Assembly (NCBI GenBank): GCA_045105515.1
Contig: JBGCDR010000300.1
Location: forward strand, 1-13,612
Direction: 5' to 3'
DNA length: 13,612 nucleotides
DNA from: Oligoflexales bacterium
Lineage (GTDB): Bacteria; Bdellovibrionota_B; Oligoflexia; Oligoflexales; Bog-1112
Shown here: positions 8,233 through 13,612 of the stretch, one piece after another
Layout of the letters: the number at the start of each line of letters is the position of its first letter
Numbering within the stretch: the first letter of the stretch is position 1
Notes under the pieces: generated by a model
Database searches by the model: none
What the model saw: the letters and a program-made list of their open reading frames with translations, nothing else
What the model was told of the DNA's origin: nothing
Made by a program: the position numbers and the translations under genes

Positions 8233-8834
8233 TCATCATCACCTGAAAATCTATTCACTGTTCTATCTTCAATTGTGATTCTACGATTCTTAGCTTTGAT
8301 TTCTTTAATTATCTTACGCATTTCACCAGATACTTTTCCTGATGTTTTTGGAACCTCTTCTTTTGCTGAGTTATCAGCGTGTGAACATATAACAACATGT
8401 TCCGCCAATTCTGGATTATAAGACTTTACTTCTTCATATGCTCTGAGTGCACGGGTATATGCTAAGCTAATGTTAGCCGATTTTTTCCCATCGCTATCAG
8501 TATGACCGTGGAAAACAAGCATGCGTTTGGTTAGGTCTCCAGAGTCAAAGCTTAGCACTCCCCTACCATTTTCATCTTTAAATAGCTTGCCGATAATATC
8601 TTTTCCGGCACCTGTTAGGCTCGTTTGACCTGGACTAAAAAGAACATCACCAGGTAGATTTATGAGTCTGGTAGTTACATCTCCTGCCGTTTCACTCACT
8701 CCTTCGCCTTTTCCTTGACTAAGAGACCAAATGATTACAAAGAAGACCATGATGTTGGTCATCAAGTCCATATAGATTACTTGCCAAGATGGTGATTTAG
8801 TCTTAGCTCTTGGTTTTATTCCACTTTTTTTCAA
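8229..8834 (-). CDS. motB: MotB-like protein with OmpA-type peptidoglycan-binding domain
   Basis: TM motif WQVIYMDLMTNIMVFFV with the conserved ion-binding Asp (D23); OmpA-like motifs VLF, GHTD, N..L...RA and NRRITI. TTG start overlaps the motA-like stop (TTGA). The symbol denotes the family, not a proven flagellar role. Confidence 0.85.
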   Translation of the reverse strand: MKKSGIKPRAKTKSPSWQVIYMDLMTNIMVFFVIIWSLSQGKGEGVSETAGDVTTRLINLPGDVLFSPGQTSLTGAGKDIIGKLFKDENGRGVLSFDSGDLTKRMLVFHGHTDSDGKKSANISLAYTRALRAYEEVKSYNPELAEHVVICSHADNSAKEEVPKTSGKVSGEMRKIIKEIKAKNRRITIEDRTVNRFSGDDE

Positions 8835-9652
8835 GACTTAACCTCAATCTGATTCTTGTTTTGTACGATTACTTCTACTGCATGGCTCATGGCTTCGTAA
8901 TCATACTCTAGGGCTTTTATGCGTTGGTCAAACCTAGAAGCTACAACTTTATATACAGATGAGAAGAGAGCACCATATAAGGTGGTTTTGAGTGCTAGTG
9001 CTAATTGAGGAGTTAATGATTCGATAGAAACATTTGCGCCTAAGCCATCAAACATAGCGATAAGCCCGACTATAGTTCCCATCAAACCAAATAGTGGCAT
9101 GGCATCAGCAACAAATTCTAAGTTTGCATTTGCATAGTCATAGAGTTCGTGGCATTCGGTATAGTATGAATGCAGCACATAGTGCACATAATCAAAATCT
9201 TTTCCATCATCTACCAATCTTTGAATGTCGCGGGAAAGAAGGTTGTCAGGTAAGGCAATAACCGCATTGTGAGGTACTGGACCTAACTTAATCTCTCCAG
9301 TTTTTGTTTTTGCAAGGCTTAGTACTTTGTTTAAGGATTCCAAAGTATCAACTAGAAAAGCTGCTTTGTCTATGAGGTGTCTAGAGGAGAAGGATACTGT
9401 AAATGACGAAAGTATAATCTTAATTGTATCCATACCGGCTACATAAACCATAAGTCCAAAAGAAATTACTAGCATAGAAATAAAGTAATTTTCTGTAATA
9501 AAAAAAACTATCGAAATAGCTAAGAGGCCAAAAAAACCGAGGAGACCAGTAATACCAGCACCAGCACCTCGTTGATTTACCCCTAAGGTAGGTTTTTTAA
9601 CAATTGCCGAAATACTGCTTGGTACTGCTTGGCCATCATTTTCTTCATCCAT
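8831..9652 (-). CDS. motA: MotA/TolQ/ExbB ion-channel family protein (MotA-like, four TM helices)
   Basis: PLFGLMGTIVGLIAMF and ALALKTTLYG match MotA TM3 and TM4; N-terminal hydrophobic hairpin. Preferred start ATG 9652 has AGAGGAG 5 nt upstream (versus TTG 9694). The symbol denotes the family. Confidence 0.88.
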   Translation of the reverse strand: MDEENDGQAVPSSISAIVKKPTLGVNQRGAGAGITGLLGFFGLLAISIVFFITENYFISMLVISFGLMVYVAGMDTIKIILSSFTVSFSSRHLIDKAAFLVDTLESLNKVLSLAKTKTGEIKLGPVPHNAVIALPDNLLSRDIQRLVDDGKDFDYVHYVLHSYYTECHELYDYANANLEFVADAMPLFGLMGTIVGLIAMFDGLGANVSIESLTPQLALALKTTLYGALFSSVYKVVASRFDQRIKALEYDYEAMSHAVEVIVQNKNQIEVKS

Positions 9653-9974
9653 AACATCTCCTCTTATTTGAACAAGCTGTGACCGTCGACTCAATTTATA
9701 TGTGAAATTTTACTTAGCCTCATTTTAACATATAAGGCCAAGGTTATTTAGGGATTCCGATAATATCATCTCAAATATTCATTAATTTGAAAACTCAGAT
9801 CAGATCTATAGTAATTCAAACTATTCATGAAATCTGCTGATTTGGACATGATATCGAAGTGATGAACCCAGGTTCTAATAAGTCTTTATACTGATAAGCT
9901 TGAGGAATTTTTAAAAAGAACATAATTATTTCATCTACATATGATCGTGATAATTAGGATCTTGCTTTAATTTT

Positions 9975-10001
9975 TAAATAAATGTGTTTTATATCCGATT
10001 G
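9975..10001 (+). promoter_or_regulatory. Putative sigma-28 (FliA)-type promoter
   Basis: TAAA-N15-TCCGATTG, ending 38 nt before ATG 10040. Confidence 0.5.
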
Positions 10002-10039
10002 ATCCAGGGATAGAGGAGCCTTTGTTATAGGATCATACT

Positions 10040-11128
10040 ATGAAGTTTTTGCGTTATAAGGCCTTATTATTAATTGTTGTCCTATCTGCGTGTGTCAGTA
10101 AAGACCCTGATAGAAGAGCTAAGGTTGTTGAAAATATAAAGACATCGAATAAAGTAAAGAAAAAAAGTGCTTATGGACTCACGAAACCTGGAAACTTAAA
10201 ATCGATACATTATGTTAGAACCAAGGACAAATGTGCAAATATTCAGGATCATATCAGAGCTTATTATGATAAATATTTGGAACCTCAAGATTTTGAAATG
10301 AGGATGATTGAAAATCCATGTATTACAAATGATTTTAAAAACTATAAGATACAATTTTCATTTAGATCTAAAGAAAAAATTTATAGCTTTCAATTAGATC
10401 TTAGGTATGTACTTGGTGCCAAAGAAATTACTACGGAAAAGTTTGAGACTTACAAGGTGAACCTAAAATTGGTGGGAGCTTCTGGGCGCATGGGACCTTG
10501 GAATCAAGCTACAGCAAAGTCCAATACAAATCTTGACCGGCTTGAAGCGAGCTTAATAGATTGGTTTGGACAAGAACGAGTCTATGCAAATAACTACTCT
10601 TGTTCATTATTGGGTCGTGATTATTTCAATGGTGATAATTGTGCCTATCCAAAAGCCAGAGACCTATTGCCTGGTTTACAAGCAAATTATACAGAGTTGA
10701 TTGAAACGCAGGTTAGCAATTATATAAGAGAATTTTCAAAAAATCATCTTGAAAAAACCGCCAGATTGAAGGTGTTTAAGACCGACAAAAAGAATAAAGA
10801 CTATACCATGGTTTTTCAAAAAGTTGAGAAAGGTTCCAAATCAATGATATTTGCTTTGGTTCTTCGTTTTAAGTTCAAACAAGGGTATTACTTTATCACT
10901 GATAATAGAGGTAATCCGGTTAAAGCAAAAGGTGAAGTAAGGCGTCTTGATTCCTTCGAGTTTTATAAGGTTGATGACAGTAATAATCGTTTTAGGCTCG
11001 CTACGTGGAATCCAATGAATAGAAACTTAAATATAATTCATCCCAATATTGCCCATTATCAATATTCCTTAACAAATTTCTTAAACAAAATTCTTGAAAA
11101 AGAAAAAGAATTGACTAAGGAAGATTAA
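10040..11128 (+). CDS. Hypothetical lipoprotein
   Basis: AGGA RBS; canonical lipobox VLSAC (Cys18); basic protein with four further Cys; no family recognised. Confidence 0.8.
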   Translation: MKFLRYKALLLIVVLSACVSKDPDRRAKVVENIKTSNKVKKKSAYGLTKPGNLKSIHYVRTKDKCANIQDHIRAYYDKYLEPQDFEMRMIENPCITNDFKNYKIQFSFRSKEKIYSFQLDLRYVLGAKEITTEKFETYKVNLKLVGASGRMGPWNQATAKSNTNLDRLEASLIDWFGQERVYANNYSCSLLGRDYFNGDNCAYPKARDLLPGLQANYTELIETQVSNYIREFSKNHLEKTARLKVFKTDKKNKDYTMVFQKVEKGSKSMIFALVLRFKFKQGYYFITDNRGNPVKAKGEVRRLDSFEFYKVDDSNNRFRLATWNPMNRNLNIIHPNIAHYQYSLTNFLNKILEKEKELTKED

Positions 11129-11144
11129 TTAAGTTCAGGTTGGA

Positions 11145-12416
11145 CTAAAAAATCCTTAACATTTTTGCCATCGAATTTGCTGTTGCATTAGTGATTGCTT
11201 GCAGGTATGGCAAGTTAATTTTTTCAAACTGATCGCAACTTCGGTGGTAGCAGGGGTTAGAATCGCCGCCAAAAAAATTCTGGGAAATTACTATTGCAGG
11301 CTTATTGTATCGCCAAAATGAAGCATGATCACTGCGGTTAGTGCAGGCATCGTTTTGTGATAGATTTATGTTCAAATCCTTAATTGTTGCCAAAACCATA
11401 GCTGTCAATTCAGAAGATGTATTTTCATCACAATCGACCACATGAAGTTTTGCGTCTTGGTCCTCATCCCAGCCAAGCATCTCCAGTTGTATGAGACCAA
11501 GCATATCATCGAGCTCAGATTGACTTTTTAAGTATGAAGCATAAGCTTTTGAGCCCAATAGGCCTCTTTCTTCTTGATCAAAGGCAACAAACCTAATCCC
11601 AAATTCATGGTTCATATCTTTCAGAGCTTTTGCAATTGCTAAACTTGCAATTACGCCACTTCCATCATCATCTGCCCCTACAGTTCGAACAGTGTCATAA
11701 TGGGAACTAATCACATAGAAGCTTGTGTTTGTTCCTTTTTTTTCGGCGATAAAGTTGACTCCAGTGGTAAAAAGACCAAATTTGTGTTCCCTAATTTCAT
11801 AACCTAAGGCGGCATACTCTTGGCTTAGGAATTGGCGAGCTAATTTTTTACCACTTTCTGAAAAGCGCTCTCCGAGCTTAACCTGCTCATCTCCAATCTT
11901 CGTAGAAATAAGCCCACTTAATTCCTTTAGTTTGCTTATAAGGTACGTATTATCGATAGAGATATTAGGTACGCTAAAAGATGATTTTGTTGAGACAGGA
12001 TATTTTGGCTTTAATGCTGGTTTGGTTGTAGTTTTACCATGTGGAATGGCTTCCCAATATTCAAGAGGGTTAGCTAGGTTGTGAAAGTGGCCCTCATGCA
12101 AATCAGACTTTTGCTTTTTTACAACTGCTAGGGAGCCAAAACGAACGATTTCACCTTCTATTCTATTTTTTGATCTAGTTGTCAATTCTACGAAAAATAG
12201 TTGTTCATTCGCTTGTTCTGATATTTTTATCGCCTTAATGGCCTGTTTAATTGGAACCGAGCTTGCAATGAGTTGATGATCGGTACTGACAAATCGGCTA
12301 ATAAAGCTGTGAACACTGCCTTTTTTGACAAGTGAGAAATGAACTTCTCTCTCTTTAGCCGCTAATTTGAATGAAATACAATAATTTAAAATAATGAGAA
12401 ATTTTAAAATCTTCAC
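11145..12416 (-). CDS. Secreted M28 family metallo-aminopeptidase
   Basis: SHYD, GADDDGSG, EERGLLGS, LEMLG, SDHASF and YH motifs. Preferred start GTG 12416 has AAGGAAGG 5 nt upstream and is followed by a signal peptide and a probable pro-region. Confidence 0.92.
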   Translation of the reverse strand: MKILKFLIILNYCISFKLAAKEREVHFSLVKKGSVHSFISRFVSTDHQLIASSVPIKQAIKAIKISEQANEQLFFVELTTRSKNRIEGEIVRFGSLAVVKKQKSDLHEGHFHNLANPLEYWEAIPHGKTTTKPALKPKYPVSTKSSFSVPNISIDNTYLISKLKELSGLISTKIGDEQVKLGERFSESGKKLARQFLSQEYAALGYEIREHKFGLFTTGVNFIAEKKGTNTSFYVISSHYDTVRTVGADDDGSGVIASLAIAKALKDMNHEFGIRFVAFDQEERGLLGSKAYASYLKSQSELDDMLGLIQLEMLGWDEDQDAKLHVVDCDENTSSELTAMVLATIKDLNINLSQNDACTNRSDHASFWRYNKPAIVISQNFFGGDSNPCYHRSCDQFEKINLPYLQAITNATANSMAKMLRIF

Positions 12417-12609
12417 AATAGCCTTCCTTATAATCCATATTTTCAATATCCTAACATTTTACATCTCATTCAACCTTATATTTAATTTCTTTAAATCATT
12501 TAATTAAAAAGGATCAAGCCCTAAAAGGTTATCCTTAAGATGTTCCCTAGATAAGCTAATTCATATAGAATCTAAACCTGAGTGGATTTATGCAAAAGGA
12601 GAATCTGCG

Positions 12610-13365
12610 ATGATTTCCGCACCTCTAGCACCTGACGAAGAAGAACGTATAAAAAAACTTCAAGAATTGAAAATTCTTGATACAGAGATTGATAAAAACC
12701 TGGATTCAATCACAAAGCTCGCCGCAGAAATTTGTGAAACAAAAATATCCCTGGTTAGTTTAGTAGATCGAGATCGCCAGTGGTTTAAGTCACGGTTTGG
12801 AATCGACGCTACAGAAACTCCAAGAGAGTATGCTTTTTGTGCGCATGCAATCTTGCAGAATGACTTATTTGAGATAGAAGATAGCAGGGAAGATGAAAGA
12901 TTTTCCGACAACCCGCTTGTTACCGGCCCACCAAACGTAATATTTTATGCCGGCTATCCGATCGAGGTTAGTGGTGGGCATAAAATTGGAACTCTATGCG
13001 CTATTGACAGCAAGCCTCATAAATTGAATGAATTTCAGAAGAAAACGTTAAAAGCTCTAGCGAGACAAGTTTCGCAGATTGTACAACTTCGCAATAAATT
13101 AGACCAATTTTCCGAGGCTCAGGCTAAAGATGCGGTTCTTGCACTTGCAGTCACCTATAATCATCAATTCAACAATAAGCTTGCTGCGAGCATGATGGCA
13201 TTGGAATTGGTAGAAAATAAGATTGGACCTGTTGTTTATAAAAATATTATGAAGCCTCTAGTTGCTCTCGTTGAGCAGATTAAAAAAATAGAAGATACTC
13301 TTAAGAAAAGTGGGTTTGAATATGAGCCATATGTTGGCGATACAAAAATGATTAAGCTTGAGTGA
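12610..13365 (+). CDS. GAF sensor protein with HisKA-like C-terminal helices and no HATPase domain
   Basis: AAGGAG RBS; GAF motifs E..R...L....ILDT, SLVD.DRQWFKS, FCAHAI, D.RF.DNPLV, FYAG.P and GTLC.ID; H-box-like VTYNHQFNNKL. Confidence 0.88.
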   Translation: MISAPLAPDEEERIKKLQELKILDTEIDKNLDSITKLAAEICETKISLVSLVDRDRQWFKSRFGIDATETPREYAFCAHAILQNDLFEIEDSREDERFSDNPLVTGPPNVIFYAGYPIEVSGGHKIGTLCAIDSKPHKLNEFQKKTLKALARQVSQIVQLRNKLDQFSEAQAKDAVLALAVTYNHQFNNKLAASMMALELVENKIGPVVYKNIMKPLVALVEQIKKIEDTLKKSGFEYEPYVGDTKMIKLE

Positions 13366-13515
13366 ATATTAAGTTTCAGTATTGATACTGCTGTCATTGA
13401 CACTATCGACAGTTTTTTCAGTTGAATCTGTTTCTATCTCATCCGAATTAATAAGTTTAATATCTTCCTATATTAGAGTTGTCTAACAATTGATAAAACC
13501 CTTTGGTAGCTTAAT

Positions 13516-13612
13516 TTATGTTATTTTATAGTTCCAAAGACCTGCTGCTGCGTAACCTATTTCATCACGAAGCTTATCAATTCTGACTCTTAACTTTGAA
13601 GAAGCTGCGTTG
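13516..13612 (-). CDS. 3' end of a CDS entering from the right edge (partial)
   Basis: Longest frame open from the edge reads NAASSKLRVRIDKLRDEIGYAAAGLWNYKIT-stop; may be a truncated remnant (see findings). Confidence 0.45.
   Translation of the reverse strand, partial: NAASSKLRVRIDKLRDEIGYAAAGLWNYKIT

Noticed and set aside
8229..9652. Calling the pair canonical Zorya ZorAB, AglRQS, TolQR or ExbBD
   Set aside because: No long ZorA tail and no ZorC/D/E genes; the B subunit has a MotB-type TM motif and an OmpA domain rather than an ExbD/TolR domain.
9827..9894. Two tiny overlapping plus-strand ORFs (MKSADLDMISK and MNPGSNKSLY)
   Set aside because: No RBS and lengths expected by chance.
11129..11144. 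Intrinsic terminators at the convergent junctions (here and 2826-2856)
   Set aside because: No convincing GC-rich hairpin with a U-tract is visible.
12660..12911. Minus-strand 83-aa ORF
   Set aside because: Antisense shadow of the well-supported GAF gene.

Overview
AT-rich bacterial chromosomal window, roughly one-third GC by eye. Its gene content (lipoproteins, Cys-rich exported proteins, sigma-28-like promoters) is compatible with a Bdellovibrionota/Oligoflexia-like Gram-negative, but that is inference only. The centrepiece is a tightly coupled five-gene minus-strand operon (9652->2857): a MotA-like and a compact MotB/OmpA-like ion-driven stator pair, a Cys-rich membrane protein, a Cys-rich exported protein, and a 1013-aa polytopic membrane protein that appears to carry a catalytically dead M48/HtpX-like protease domain split by an acidic insert. 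No flagellar, Tol, Ton or Zorya effector genes lie in the window, so this may be an uncharacterised MotAB-powered envelope machine. Flanking genes are three lipoproteins (one built from three 102-aa Cys repeats), each preceded by a sigma-28-like TCCGAT motif, a TraB/ChaN-like protein, an M28 aminopeptidase, a GAF protein with an H-box-like tail but no ATPase domain, and a possibly frameshifted gene end at the right edge. No RNA genes, CRISPR arrays or mobile elements were seen.
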